Source: Candidatus Latescibacterota bacterium
GTDB taxonomy: Bacteria; Latescibacterota; UBA2968; UBA8231
Direction of reading: 5' to 3'
NCBI GenBank assembly: GCA_965248355.1
Contig: OZ252098.1
Location: forward strand, 3,808,001-3,872,000
Length of the DNA: 64,000 bases
Position numbers and translations under genes: made by a program. The notes beneath the pieces are model-generated. The model was not told where the DNA came from and searched no databases. It saw only the letters and a program-made list of their open reading frames with translations. This document shows, one piece after another, positions 37,773 to 47,883 of the stretch. Position 1 is the stretch's first letter. The number at the start of each line of letters is the position of its first letter.

Positions 37773-38740
37773 CAGATCAGTCCGCGTTTGGCCCGGATGC
37801 CGTGCAGCATGGGGTCGTCGCCGATCCAGCGTTCGTCCACCGGTTCCGAGGCGGGCTGGTAGCGCGAGTCGGCGGACAGCCGGATGCGGTCGGAGCGGTT
37901 GTCGGAGCTGGCGTGCATGGTGTACATGCTCAGGACCAGCAGGTCGCCGGCGCGGTAGTCGGCCGTCAGCCAGCGCCCCCCCAGCTCGCGCCGGGTGGCG
38001 ATGGCGTCGGGGGAGTAGTGGCCGCGGCCTTCCCACTGGATCTGCCCGTGCTCCTCGGCGGTGAGCTCCCGGCCCTCGGCCTGCGCCGAGCGGACGATGG
38101 GACCCGCGCCGCCCTTGTTGTCGCAGTACTTGTCCACGTCGGCGGCCCCGTAGGTGCGGCGCACCTCCTCCAGACGATGCGATCCTTCGAGGACGAGGAG
38201 GCCGCCGTGCTCGTACGGAACATCGCCGAGGGGCGTCCATGAGGTCCACAGGTTCTTCGTCCCCCGGCCCATGAAGACGACATCGTAGTGGGGCTGCGTC
38301 ACCGTCCCCGGTCCCGGCATCTTGGCGCGGAACCAGGTGTAGTCGAAGTGGCGCACGGGGCCGCCGAGGAGGCCCTCGTAGAAGGCGATCATGGGGCCGG
38401 CGTAGAGCACCCTGTCCAGGGGCGCGTTCTCCCTGGCCAGGTCATGGGTGGAGCCCAGATTGACCCCAGGGAGCACGACGCCGTCCAGGAGTGGGTGGCC
38501 GGTGTCGTCCACGACTCCCCGCAAGGCCAGCCGCCGCAGCACCTCCCGGCGGGCCTCCAGGACTTCCTCCCGGCGGAGCTGGCCCGGCAGGAGCAGGTAT
38601 CCGTCCTCGGCCAGTCTCTGGCGCTGCGCCCCGGGGTCGCGGGCGATCCCGTCGGAGCGCCGGAGCTCCCCGAGGGCATCAGCCCCGGCATCCATCGGTT
38701 CGCCGCGGTAGGTCGCTCCGGACTCGAGCGCGTTCCTCAT
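37769..38740 (-). CDS. PhyH-family Fe(II)/2OG dioxygenase
   Basis: PHYD (HxD), WTPLGD, GGLLVLEGSH, MHAS and RLSADSRYQ motifs; TACTTT -10 box 6 nt before ATG 38740. Confidence 0.87.
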   Translation of the reverse strand: MRNALESGATYRGEPMDAGADALGELRRSDGIARDPGAQRQRLAEDGYLLLPGQLRREEVLEARREVLRRLALRGVVDDTGHPLLDGVVLPGVNLGSTHDLARENAPLDRVLYAGPMIAFYEGLLGGPVRHFDYTWFRAKMPGPGTVTQPHYDVVFMGRGTKNLWTSWTPLGDVPYEHGGLLVLEGSHRLEEVRRTYGAADVDKYCDNKGGAGPIVRSAQAEGRELTAEEHGQIQWEGRGHYSPDAIATRRELGGRWLTADYRAGDLLVLSMYTMHASSDNRSDRIRLSADSRYQPASEPVDERWIGDDPMLHGIRAKRGLIC

Positions 38741-38763
38741 GGCGGCAAAGTAACGGAGCCTGA

Positions 38764-38793
38764 TTGCCCTCCGTCCACACCTCGTGCTATCTT
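38764..38793 (+). promoter_or_regulatory. Sigma70 promoter with extended -10 for the DD-carboxypeptidase gene
   Basis: TTGCCC-18 bp-TATCTT with TGn extension. Confidence 0.55.
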
Positions 38794-38855
38794 TAGCACT
38801 CCCCCATCCAGTTTCTCCATCCACGCTCCCTGTTGTCCGAGACGACGGAGGCTTC

Positions 38856-39998
38856 ATGCGCTGTCTGCCCCGGATCTTACTGTGCCAGTCGAGCTTGGCG
38901 TGGCTGTTGACCACCGCCGCCGCCGCCGCCGTCTACGACATCGGTGAAGATCCGCCCTTCGCCTCGGCTCTGCTGGTGGAGGCCTCCACCGGAGCCGTCC
39001 TGTTCGAGCACGAAGCCGATACGCCCAGGTCTCCCGCGAGCACCCAGAAGCTCCTGCTTCAACTCGTGGTCATGGAAGCGTTGGCCGACGGCCGCGTCGT
39101 CCTCACCGACTCCGTCCACGCCTCGGCCCGGGCGAGCCGCACGGGGGGCTCCCAGGTCTACCTGCAGCAGGGGGAGGTCTTTCCCCTCTCCGAGATGATG
39201 GCGGCCATCGTCATCTCCTCCGCCAACGACGCCTGTGTCGCGGTGGCCGAGCACGTCGGCGGCTCGGTGGAGGGGTTCGTCCACCTGATGAACGCCAAGG
39301 CTCGACAGCTCTGCATGACGTCGACGCGGTGTGTGAACGTCCACGGGCTCGATGACACCCCGCGGGACGAGGGCAACGAGACGACCGCCCGCGATCTGGC
39401 CGCCATCGCCCGGGCCCTGCTGCCCCACGAGAAGATCCTGGAGTGGTCATCGATCCGCATGCGCCCCTTCCGCGGCGGCGCCTTCACCCTCTACACGACG
39501 AACAAGCTTCTTGGCCGCTTTCCGGGCCTCGACGGGTTGAAGACGGGGTACACGAAGCGGGCGGGTTCGTGCCTGGTGGCCACCGCCCTGCGCCGCGACA
39601 TGCGTCTCGTCTCGGTCGTCATGGGGGGAAGGGGAGAGAAGGCGCGGGACCGGGAGACGACCCGTCTGCTGGAGTGGGGCTTCGCTCACTTCGTGAAGGG
39701 GCCTCTGGCGCTGGCCGGCGAGCCGGTGGGAAAGGTCCCCCTCGACTGGGGGCAGGAACCCGAGGTGTCGGCGGTGACGGCCGACACCTTCGTGGCCGTG
39801 CTCACCCCCGAGCAGAGGCGGCGCGTGGACCGCAAGGTGGAGCTGCCGGAGCTGCAGCCGGCGCCGGTCGCCGCGGGGGACACCCTCGGGATGCTGCATC
39901 TGCGCCTGGACGACGCCGTGCTCGCGCAGGTCGAGCTGATCGCCGCCGACTCGGTGGGCCGCATGAGCGTCTGGGAGAAGCTGCTGAGCTACTTCTAG
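38856..39998 (+). CDS. D-alanyl-D-alanine carboxypeptidase (peptidase S11)
   Basis: PASTQK (SxxK), SAN and KTG motifs, signal peptide and PBP5-like C-domain; GGAGG RBS. Confidence 0.92.
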   Translation: MRCLPRILLCQSSLAWLLTTAAAAAVYDIGEDPPFASALLVEASTGAVLFEHEADTPRSPASTQKLLLQLVVMEALADGRVVLTDSVHASARASRTGGSQVYLQQGEVFPLSEMMAAIVISSANDACVAVAEHVGGSVEGFVHLMNAKARQLCMTSTRCVNVHGLDDTPRDEGNETTARDLAAIARALLPHEKILEWSSIRMRPFRGGAFTLYTTNKLLGRFPGLDGLKTGYTKRAGSCLVATALRRDMRLVSVVMGGRGEKARDRETTRLLEWGFAHFVKGPLALAGEPVGKVPLDWGQEPEVSAVTADTFVAVLTPEQRRRVDRKVELPELQPAPVAAGDTLGMLHLRLDDAVLAQVELIAADSVGRMSVWEKLLSYF

Positions 39999-40026
39999 CC
40001 GGCCCGCCTCGGCCAGCCGCCACGGG

Positions 40027-41076
40027 TCAGTAAGCGTCCGGGCGGACGCACAGCGAGCGGTCCTCCAATGGCAGGGGGATCCGCCGACCACCCTCGCGGC
40101 TCGAGGCCACCAGGCCGAGGACGATCTCCTGGCTGCGGCACGCCAGCCCGATCCCTCCCCGGGTCTCGGCGTCTTCATCGATGGCGCGCACGAGATCCTC
40201 GATGGCGCGCAGGGTTCCGCTCTCGATCCGCACCTGCGGACCGGCCTCTTCCTCGAAGCCATGCCCGCGGGCCCGGCGCCAGGTGTAGCCGGTCCCGTTG
40301 GACAGGGTGCGCAGCTTGCCGTCGCTGCCGCTGGCCTCGAACTCGTACCCCCCCGAGGCGACGAGATAGGCGTGTACCCCGTTGGCGAAGCGGACGTAAC
40401 CCATCTCGATCGGCGGGTCGACGGTCAGGCGGTCGCCCTGCCAGTCGTCATCGGCGTACCGGCAGGTGGCCTGCACGAACTCCGCCTCCCCGTCGCCGGC
40501 CAGCATGAGCAGCATGTCGGTGGCGTGCGTATGCCCCCACTGGGCCGAGCCGGTGCCGCAGTGCCCGATGACGGCCTGCAACTGGCCGATCCGGCCGCCG
40601 TCGATCATCTCCCGGGCGTTGCGGTAGAGGCGGACGTAGCGCCGCTGGGTGCCGTAGTTGAACTTGACGCCGTGGGCGGTGACCGCCGCGGACATGGCGT
40701 CGGCTTCGGCCATCGAGTTGCACAGCGGCTTCTCGCAATAGACGCCGCGCACGCCGTTCTCGGCAGCGAGAATCGTCACGGGGGCGTGCGGCGAGGGCCG
40801 GGTGGCGATACAGACGATGTCGAGGCCTTCCTTCCGGATCATCTCCTCGACGTCGGTGTAGACCGAGGCCACCCCGTATCGGGCCGCGGCCGCCTCGGCT
40901 TTTGCTGCGACCGGGTCGCAGACCGCGGCCAGGTCCGTCCTCCCGCAGGCGGTGACGGCGGCGGCGTGTGAGTACGGCAGGAACAGGTGGCTGTCGGGCC
41001 GGTCCTTCACCTCATCGTCGATGGTCGCGCCCATCCGCCCGCATCCGACGAGCCCCACGCGATAGGTTGGAGCCAT
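40027..41076 (-). CDS. Gfo/Idh/MocA family oxidoreductase
   Basis: GLVGCGRMG, CEKP and HATD motifs. Confidence 0.9.
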   Translation of the reverse strand: MAPTYRVGLVGCGRMGATIDDEVKDRPDSHLFLPYSHAAAVTACGRTDLAAVCDPVAAKAEAAAARYGVASVYTDVEEMIRKEGLDIVCIATRPSPHAPVTILAAENGVRGVYCEKPLCNSMAEADAMSAAVTAHGVKFNYGTQRRYVRLYRNAREMIDGGRIGQLQAVIGHCGTGSAQWGHTHATDMLLMLAGDGEAEFVQATCRYADDDWQGDRLTVDPPIEMGYVRFANGVHAYLVASGGYEFEASGSDGKLRTLSNGTGYTWRRARGHGFEEEAGPQVRIESGTLRAIEDLVRAIDEDAETRGGIGLACRSQEIVLGLVASSREGGRRIPLPLEDRSLCVRPDAY

Positions 41077-41109
41077 TCTTTCCTCTCTTTCGAGGCGTGT
41101 CGGCCGGCC

Positions 41110-41138
41110 TTGACCGGATTTCGGGCGGGCCGTACGCT
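41110..41138 (+). promoter_or_regulatory. tRNA promoter
   Basis: TTGACC-17 bp-TACGCT, 12 nt before the tRNA. Confidence 0.65.
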
Positions 41139-41150
41139 CTTGCCCGATCA

Positions 41151-41227
41151 GGGCGATTAGCTCAGCTGGTTAGAGTGCCTGCTTGACATGCAGGAGGTCG
41201 CTGGTTCAATTCCAGCATCGCCCACCA
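41151..41227 (+). tRNA. tRNA-Val (GAC)
   Basis: Cloverleaf with acceptor GGGCGAT/ATCGCCC, D arm AGCTCAGCTGGTTAGAG, anticodon arm CCTGC-TTGACAT-GCAGG, T loop GGTTCAATTCC and encoded CCA. Confidence 0.97.
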
Positions 41228-41231
41228 CTCC

Positions 41232-41267
41232 AAAGCTCTGGGGAGTCCTCCCCGGAGCTTTTTCTTT
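41232..41267 (+). terminator. Intrinsic terminator after the tRNA, possibly bidirectional
   Basis: AAAGCTCTGGGGA-GTCC-TCCCCGGAGCTTT hairpin followed by a T-rich tail. Confidence 0.85.
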
Positions 41268-41269
41268 GC

Positions 41270-42412
41270 TCATCCGGAGTTTGGTCGCACCAGCCGTCCC
41301 GCTCGAATGGTGGCCAGGGGTTCCCAGCAACCCCCCGGGCGCTCGACGTCCCGGCAGTCCTTCAGTCTTCCCTCCTCGTTCCACCTCAGCAGGGCCAGGT
41401 CGGCGCAGGCGCCGGCGGCCAGGGTGCCGGCCTCCCCTTGCAGGCCGAGCAGCTCCGCCGGCCGCGCCGTGGCTCGCGCCAGGACCTCGGTCTCGGGCAT
41501 GCCGGCCGCGATGAACTTCGACATCGTCCGGGGCAGGTCGTGGGGCGGGTCGCTGCCGAGGTGGCGGTTGTACTGATCGGTGGAGACGGTGTCGGGGTAG
41601 AACCCCTCGGCCATGGCCGCTTCCGCGTGGGCGAAGCTGAAGGACTGCATGCCGTGACAGCCGTCGAACAGGACCCCCCGCTCCCTCGCCTCCCGGACCT
41701 CGGGGCGCACCTTGCCGCCGGCGATGATGTTGTCCTCGAGGAAGCAGAAGGTGTAGGTGACGAGGTCGCCGGCCCGCAAGTGGGGCAGCTGCTCCTCCAG
41801 GGGGAAGTCCCTCTGGAACCGCGGCCCGTAGAGGATGGGGCGGCGGCTGCGTTCGGCCGCCTCGAGGCCCCGGCGCATGATCTCTCTCGGGTCGTGGGAG
41901 ATCTCCGGGTTGCCCATGGTGTTGAAGGCGATGCCCCAGATCTCCTCCCCGGTCGAGGCGATGGTGCCGGCGCACAGATCGACGTCGGCGTTCTCCAGGT
42001 GCCCGAAGCAGTGGCCCTCCTGCGACTCGCCGAATTTGGACAGGTGCAGGGCCAATCGCACCCGCGTGCGGCAGGCGCCGATGACTTCCTCGCGGTACGC
42101 GGGCCAGTTGAGGGCCCCGGCGTCTCCCTGGGACATGCAGGTCGTGACCCCGCGCGGCAGGAAGTGCTCGTCAGGGTCGACGCCGTAGCGGGAGCCGCCG
42201 CGCGCCGGATGGGCGTGCATGTCCACGAGGCCGGGCAGCAGCAGGGCGCCGGGGTAGTCCAGGCGCTGCGCTGCCGTGCCCGCGACCGCGGGGCCCGAGG
42301 CGGCGATACGGCCGCCGCGCACGGCGACGGCGCCGGGGCCGTCCAGGCCGGTCTCGGCGCAGAATACGCGGCCGGCCGTGATCAGCAGATCGTATTCGGC
42401 CGCCATGGTCAT
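41270..42412 (-). CDS. Amidohydrolase/deacetylase family metallohydrolase (dihydroorotase-like)
   Basis: PGLVDMHAH, GVTT, GDAG, SFSF, STD and GACADL motifs. Confidence 0.85.
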   Translation of the reverse strand: MTMAAEYDLLITAGRVFCAETGLDGPGAVAVRGGRIAASGPAVAGTAAQRLDYPGALLLPGLVDMHAHPARGGSRYGVDPDEHFLPRGVTTCMSQGDAGALNWPAYREEVIGACRTRVRLALHLSKFGESQEGHCFGHLENADVDLCAGTIASTGEEIWGIAFNTMGNPEISHDPREIMRRGLEAAERSRRPILYGPRFQRDFPLEEQLPHLRAGDLVTYTFCFLEDNIIAGGKVRPEVREARERGVLFDGCHGMQSFSFAHAEAAMAEGFYPDTVSTDQYNRHLGSDPPHDLPRTMSKFIAAGMPETEVLARATARPAELLGLQGEAGTLAAGACADLALLRWNEEGRLKDCRDVERPGGCWEPLATIRAGRLVRPNSG

Positions 42413-43353
42413 GGGCCGGGATTCCCAGGCCGGGGGCAGGAGAGGGCGAGGATCGATGCAGGGGCGTGCCAGGCCACACTCCATCCATGGGTGTGGTCGC
42501 CGCTGCGGTACAGCCGGTCCTCGACGGCGGCCCAGGCCGCGCCGCCGGCGTCGAAGGCCACGTGGAAGGTGTCGACGTTGTCGTGCGTGGCCGCCGGAAA
42601 GCCATCGGCCGCGTGCTCCCAGGAGCGCCCGCCGTCGTCGCTGCGGAACAGTTGTCCCGTACCCTCGGCGCGGGGTCCGCGGCTCACCGAGGCCAGCAGA
42701 CAGTCGGGGTCTGCGGGATGGACGGCGATGGCCCGGCCGTAGCGGGACGGCAGGCCGTCGGCGCGGTGGTGCCAGGAGTCGCCCCGGTCCTCGCTGACGA
42801 ACACGGCGTCGGCGGTATTGGCGTAGACCCGCTCGGGGGCCGCGGGGCAGACCGCCACCTGGTGCACGTCCGGGTGCAGGTCGGGCGTCACCGGCGCCCA
42901 GGATCTCCCCGAATCGGCGGAGCGCACGATGCTGCCCACGTGGATGTCGGCGTACACGTCGGCGCCGGAGCCGGCGAGGCTGCGGACCGCCGGCGGTCCT
43001 CCCCAGGGGGTGTACCAGTCGTCGCGGACCTCGAGGCGGTCGAAGGATTCGATCCGTCGCGCCGGCTGGCCGCACTCCAGGCGGTAGATGTGGGCGGGCT
43101 CGGTGCCGATGAGCAGTGTCGGCGGATTTTCCTGCAGGACGTGCAGGCAGTGGATCTCGTCCCCGACGCCGCTGTCGAGGCGGTCGATCCCCTCCGGCCG
43201 GATGACGGCGATCTCGCCGTCCGGCAGCGCCGCCACCCCGCACGACGGGGACGCCTCGATGATCACGGCCGCCGTGTCGAGCACGCGCACCGGTTCCGGC
43301 TTCGGCGCCGATTCGTCGGCGCTGTACAGCCCCTCCTGGGTCAGTATCAGCAT
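42409..43353 (-). CDS. BNR/Asp-box beta-propeller protein
   Basis: GTEPAH, VGSIVRSADSGRSW, DVHQ and SxDxGxSW repeats; GAGGAG RBS. Confidence 0.8.
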   Translation of the reverse strand: MLILTQEGLYSADESAPKPEPVRVLDTAAVIIEASPSCGVAALPDGEIAVIRPEGIDRLDSGVGDEIHCLHVLQENPPTLLIGTEPAHIYRLECGQPARRIESFDRLEVRDDWYTPWGGPPAVRSLAGSGADVYADIHVGSIVRSADSGRSWAPVTPDLHPDVHQVAVCPAAPERVYANTADAVFVSEDRGDSWHHRADGLPSRYGRAIAVHPADPDCLLASVSRGPRAEGTGQLFRSDDGGRSWEHAADGFPAATHDNVDTFHVAFDAGGAAWAAVEDRLYRSGDHTHGWSVAWHAPASILALSCPRPGNPGP

Positions 43354-43394
43354 CGGTTTCTCCTCGTGGTCGTCGGGCGGCCCGGCGGGGGGCC

Positions 43395-44571
43395 TCAGGC
43401 GGCCCGTTCCTCGAGCCACTCCCTGGTGATTTCCAGTCCGAACCCCGGCGTCTCGCTCGGCACGAGATCGCCGTTCTCGATGACGGCGGTGCCCGGCAGT
43501 CTCACCATCTCGGTCAGCGGCACCCCCGGCGGGGAGACGCCCTCGGAACGCTCGCCCCAGGCGATGGCCGGCATGGCGAAGGAGAGGTGCTGTCCGTACG
43601 GGTAGTTCATGCCGCCGTGGGCAAGCACGCTCTGTCCGTGCCCCTCGGCGAGGTGGCGGATGCGCAAGGCGGCGCTGATGCCGCCCACCCAGCGGATGTC
43701 GGGCTGGAAGATGTCGACCAGTCCCCCGGCCGCGGCAAAGGCGAAGGGAGGGATGGAGTACCAGTGCTCGCCGGTGGCCAGGATCTGGTGGGGGATTCGC
43801 TGCCGCAGCCTGGCGTAGCTGCCCAGATCCTCGGGACGCAGGCAGTCCTCGAACCATTTGATGCGGTACGGTCTCAGGGCCTCGGAGAGGCGCACCACGT
43901 ACTCCACGTCGAAGGACATCCAGGCGTCGACCATCAGCTCGCGTTCGTCGCCGATCAGCTCGCGGGCCCTGGCCACCAACTCCTCGTTGCGGCGCAGCCC
44001 TTCCATGTCGTCGCTCGGCCCGTGCCGGAAGAAGACCTTGATCGCCCTGAATCCGAGCTCGAGGAACCACTCGATGCTGTTCTCGATGCCGTAGTTGTGG
44101 CCGGTGGCGCTGGCGTAGCAGGGGATCGAGGCCTTCTGGGGGCCACCGAGAAGCTCGTAGACCGGCCGCTGCAGCACCTTGCCCTTGATCCCACAGGGCC
44201 ATGTCGACGGCGCTGATGGCGTAGCTGGCGAGGCCGGAGGTGCCGTAGTGGGCGGTGGCCCGCTGCATCACGTCGAAGAGCTTCTCCGTGGCCATGCAGT
44301 TCTGCCCCGTGATCAGCGGGCCGAGGTGGTCGTTTATGACGCTGGCCGCCGGTGGGGAGAGACAGCCGAGGCCGAAGCCCCAGGTCCCGTCCCTGGCGCG
44401 GACCACGCAGGCCAGGTCCTTCCAGCGGCCCTGCCAGTCGGGCAGGAGATCGGGGTAGCGCCGCATGGGACTGACGATGGGGGCCGCGTCCTCCCGCTCG
44501 GGATGACGCGGTCTGGTCGTCGGGTTGGCCCTGGCGTGAATGGGAAAGGCGTGGACCTCGTCGATGATCAT
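43395..44571 (-). pseudogene. Rhamnonate-dehydratase-like enolase-superfamily gene with a frameshift near 44187
   Basis: AISAVDMALWD is in one frame and KGKVLQRPVYELLGG...VDAW...GEH...QPD in another: TGG GAT C AAG lacks 2 nt. Confidence 0.8.
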
Positions 44572-44708
44572 GGTGATGCCGGGCGCCAAAGAACCGGTCA
44601 GGGACTTCGGCGAGTCAATTGCGCTCGATGGGGGAATCCCTCTGATTCGCCTGATCGACTCCCATCGCCGGCGACCCCCTCCGGGGGCAGGGAGAAAGGA
44701 GCAGGGCG

Positions 44709-45866
44709 TTGCGCATCACCGACATCAAGGTCTACCCCACGTGGGTCGGGCATCGGAACCAGCTGATCGTCAAGGTGGAGACCGACGAGGGAGTGCACGG
44801 CTGGGGAGAGGCCGGAATCTCCGGCCGCGAAATGGCGGTACAGGGCGCGGTGCGGCACTACCGGGAATTCCTGATCGGCCGCGACCCCCGCCAGCCCGGG
44901 GCCTTGTGGCAGGAGATGTACCGCAGTCAGTACTTCGAGGGGGGACGGATCCTGACGGGGGCCATCTCCGCCATCGACATCGCCCTGTACGATGTCACCG
45001 CCAGGTCCCTGGACGTGCCAGTCCATCAGCTGCTCGGAGGCCGGCAGCGCGACTTCGTGCCCTGCTTCGCCACCACCGGCGCCGGCTCCGCGGAGGAGCT
45101 GATCGGCAACGCCCGGCTGCTCCTCGACAAGGGCTGGAGCGTGATCCGCACCGGCATCGCCTCCCGCCCGCCGGGCGCCGAAGGGCAATTCGAGCCGCGG
45201 GAGTCGATCGGGATCACGGCGGAGTGGCTCGCCGCCCTGCGCGCCGAGCTCGGACCGGATCCGGTGATCGGCATCGACTACCACCACCGGCTGACGGTCG
45301 CCGAGGCGGCCTCCTTCTGCCAGCGCATGCCGCCGGGGACCCTCGACTTCCTCGAGGAGCCGATCCGGGACGAGTCGCCGGGGGCCTACGAATCCCTGCG
45401 CACGATGACGGACGTCCCTTTCGCCATCGGCGAGGAATTCTCGAGCAAGTGGCAGTTCCTGCCCTACGTGGAGGGTGGTATCACCCAGTTGGCTCGCCTC
45501 GATGTCTGCAATGTCGGGGGGTTCACCGAGGCCCTGAAGGTCGCCGCCATGTGCGAGGCCCACTACATCGACCTCATGCCCCACAACCCCCTGGGGCCGA
45601 TCTGCACGGCCGCCAGCGTCCACCTGGGGGCGGCGGTGCCGAACTTCTCATGGCTGGAGGCGCGGGTGTCGCCTACGGAAAACCTGGGGTTCGGCGACTC
45701 TGATCTGTTCCCCGTGCAGCTGGAGCTGGAGGGGGACCGGTTCCGGGTGCCGGAGGGGCCGGGCCTGGGGGTGGAGCTGAACGAAGAGGCGGCGGCGGCG
45801 CAGCGCTTCGAGTTCTGGGAAGCGCCCCACCTGAGGCGGCGGGATGGATCCTATACGAACTGGTGA
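44709..45866 (+). CDS. Mandelate racemase/galactonate-dehydratase-like enzyme
   Basis: GWGE, AISAIDIAL, DYHHR, EEP, GEE and PHNP motifs; TTG start with AAGGAG RBS. Confidence 0.88.
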   Translation: MRITDIKVYPTWVGHRNQLIVKVETDEGVHGWGEAGISGREMAVQGAVRHYREFLIGRDPRQPGALWQEMYRSQYFEGGRILTGAISAIDIALYDVTARSLDVPVHQLLGGRQRDFVPCFATTGAGSAEELIGNARLLLDKGWSVIRTGIASRPPGAEGQFEPRESIGITAEWLAALRAELGPDPVIGIDYHHRLTVAEAASFCQRMPPGTLDFLEEPIRDESPGAYESLRTMTDVPFAIGEEFSSKWQFLPYVEGGITQLARLDVCNVGGFTEALKVAAMCEAHYIDLMPHNPLGPICTAASVHLGAAVPNFSWLEARVSPTENLGFGDSDLFPVQLELEGDRFRVPEGPGLGVELNEEAAAAQRFEFWEAPHLRRRDGSYTNW

Positions 45867-45887
45867 GCGGGTCCGGTCCCCGGGGCT

Positions 45888-46838
45888 CTAGTTGACGACG
45901 TTCTGCGGATTTCCGTCGAGGAAGGCCCGCACGTTGTCGATCACGGTGTCCAGCAGGCGCTTGCGAGCCGCGCCGGTGGCCCAGGCGTTGTGGGGTGTGA
46001 TGTAGCAGTTCCTCACCCCGTACAGCGGATGCCCGGCGGCCGGAGGCTCCACGGCCATCACGTCCAGCCCGGCGCCGGCGATGCGGCCTTCTTCGAGGGC
46101 CTCCCGGAGAGCGTCCTCGTCCACCAGGGGCCCGCGGCTCGTGTTGATCAGAAAGGCGGTCCGCTTCATCAGCGAGAGCCGCCTTCGATCGACGATTCCC
46201 TCGGTCTGCGGTGTGAGCGGACAATGCAGGGAGATCGCGTCGCAGCGCCGGAAGAGGTCGTCCAGGCCGACGTTCTCCACCCAGGCCAGCGAGGGGTCGG
46301 GCGTGCGAGTGTGGGCCAGGACCTCCATGGAGAAGGCCCTTGCCAGCTCCGCGGTGCGGCGGCCGATGCGGCCCAGGCCGACGACGCCGAACCGGAGTCC
46401 CTCGAGCTCGACGAGAGGGTGGTCCCAGAAGCTGAAGTCCCGGCACTCGGCCCAGCGGTCGGCGTTGACGGCGGCGGCGTGGTCGCCGATGCGCTGGGTG
46501 AGGTTGAGGAGGTGGGCGATGGCGGCCTGGGCCACCGAGGCGGTGCCGTAGGTCGGCACGTTGCACACGGGGATCCGGCGCTCCCGGGCGGCCTCCACGT
46601 CAACGATGTTGAAGCCCGTGGCCAGCACTCCGATGTAGCGCAGCCCGGGAAGCTGGTCGATATGCCTGCGGGAGACGATGGTCTTGTTGGTCAGCAGAAT
46701 CTCGGCTCCGAGGGCCCGCTCCACGACCTGATCTGCGGTCGAGTGCTCGTGAACGGTGACGCCGCCCAGGGCCTCCAGATCGGCCCAGCTGAGGTCGCCG
46801 GGGTTCAGGGTGAAGCCGTCGAGAACGACGATGTTCAT
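45888..46838 (-). CDS. D-2-hydroxyacid dehydrogenase (glycerate dehydrogenase-like)
   Basis: LNPGDLSW, GLGRIG, LHCPL, NTSRG and TPHNAW motifs. Confidence 0.92.
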   Translation of the reverse strand: MNIVVLDGFTLNPGDLSWADLEALGGVTVHEHSTADQVVERALGAEILLTNKTIVSRRHIDQLPGLRYIGVLATGFNIVDVEAARERRIPVCNVPTYGTASVAQAAIAHLLNLTQRIGDHAAAVNADRWAECRDFSFWDHPLVELEGLRFGVVGLGRIGRRTAELARAFSMEVLAHTRTPDPSLAWVENVGLDDLFRRCDAISLHCPLTPQTEGIVDRRRLSLMKRTAFLINTSRGPLVDEDALREALEEGRIAGAGLDVMAVEPPAAGHPLYGVRNCYITPHNAWATGAARKRLLDTVIDNVRAFLDGNPQNVVN

Positions 46839-46990
46839 GGTTTCGATGTGCCGCTGATGTCGCCGGCCGCCGCTACCGGCCGGGTAGAGCCGGCCATCTG
46901 GCCCGGGACGGAGCCCGAGTCAGCCGGAGTGAGACGCGTCCGGGTCAGGGCGCCGGGGCAAGACCTGGCGTGAAGGAGGGTGGGCCGGGT

Positions 46991-47755
46991 TCAGTCCTTG
47001 ATCCGGAAGACGAGGGCGTCGTTGATCGCCTGGGGTGTCCCGGCCTCGGCGATGAACTCCTGAACTTCGGCGGCGTTGGCGATGGCTTTGCTGAAGGACT
47101 CGGCGAAGAGAAAAAAGTCGCCGATGTCGATGACGCCGTTGCCATCGAGATCGTAGACGGGATCGAAGCCCTCAGCGTCCTCCCGCTGGCCGAAGCTGCC
47201 GGTGAGGAGAAAGAAGTCGTCCAGGCCGACCTGATCGCCCTCGTAGCTGAACCAGCCGAAGACCAGATTGCCGTCGACATCGCGGGGCAGGGGGACGGGG
47301 GTGACGGTACGGGCGATGTCTTCTGCCGAGCCGGGCTCGATGCCGAGCATGGCCTCGTTGTCCGAGTCGAAGGCTCGCACGTCGTATACGTACAGCCCGC
47401 CAGCGTCGGTGATGTCCTGGTCGGTGTACTCGGTCACGCCGGGTCCGGTGCTGCCGATCTCCACCGGGGCGTCGCCATCGATGCTTCGGTAGACCCGGTA
47501 TCCATGGACCAGGTTGCGGTACACGTACTGGCCGCCGAAGGTGGACGGGACGGCGCCGTCGTCATCGGACGCGGTCCAGGTCAGGAGGATGCTGTCAGCC
47601 TGGAGGGCGGCGCTGAGATTGGTGGCGGGCGCCGGCTCTATGTCGTCAATGGCGCGGACCTTCCCGTGACTGTCGGCATCCGAGCGAACGGTGCCGAAGC
47701 AAAGGAGGGCGGCGCAGAGGCCGACGGCGACGGTTCCATTCTTGACAGAGAGCAT
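46991..47755 (-). CDS. Secreted protein with FN3-like domain and dockerin/EF-hand-like C-terminal module
   Basis: Signal peptide; LTWTAS...GYRVYR...YTD...YVYDVRAFD; VGLDDFFLL...DLDGNGVIDIGDFFLFAESF; GGAGG RBS. Confidence 0.78.
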   Translation of the reverse strand: MLSVKNGTVAVGLCAALLCFGTVRSDADSHGKVRAIDDIEPAPATNLSAALQADSILLTWTASDDDGAVPSTFGGQYVYRNLVHGYRVYRSIDGDAPVEIGSTGPGVTEYTDQDITDAGGLYVYDVRAFDSDNEAMLGIEPGSAEDIARTVTPVPLPRDVDGNLVFGWFSYEGDQVGLDDFFLLTGSFGQREDAEGFDPVYDLDGNGVIDIGDFFLFAESFSKAIANAAEVQEFIAEAGTPQAINDALVFRIKD

Positions 47756-47806
47756 ATCTTACCTCCCCAGGTTGGTGCGCGGCCTGCAGGTGGCAAGCCG
47801 GGTAGG

Positions 47807-47835
47807 ACCCTAACCGCTCCGGGGGGAGAAGTCAA
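47807..47835 (-). promoter_or_regulatory. Sigma70 promoter of the FN3/dockerin-like gene
   Basis: TTGACT-17 bp-TAGGGT. Confidence 0.55.
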
Positions 47836-47883
47836 GAAAAAAGGGCCCCCGGCACTGAGTGGCGCCGAAGACAGGAGTGGGGC

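Noticed and set aside
41151..41270. tRNA-anchored genomic island
   Set aside because: No integrase, no duplicated tRNA 3' end noticed and no compositional shift; a terminator follows directly.
41270..44589. Apparent large fusion ORFs 41270-43243 and 42409-44589
   Set aside because: Artefacts of open upstream frames and the 44187 frameshift; the real genes have their own starts at 42412, 43353 and 44571.
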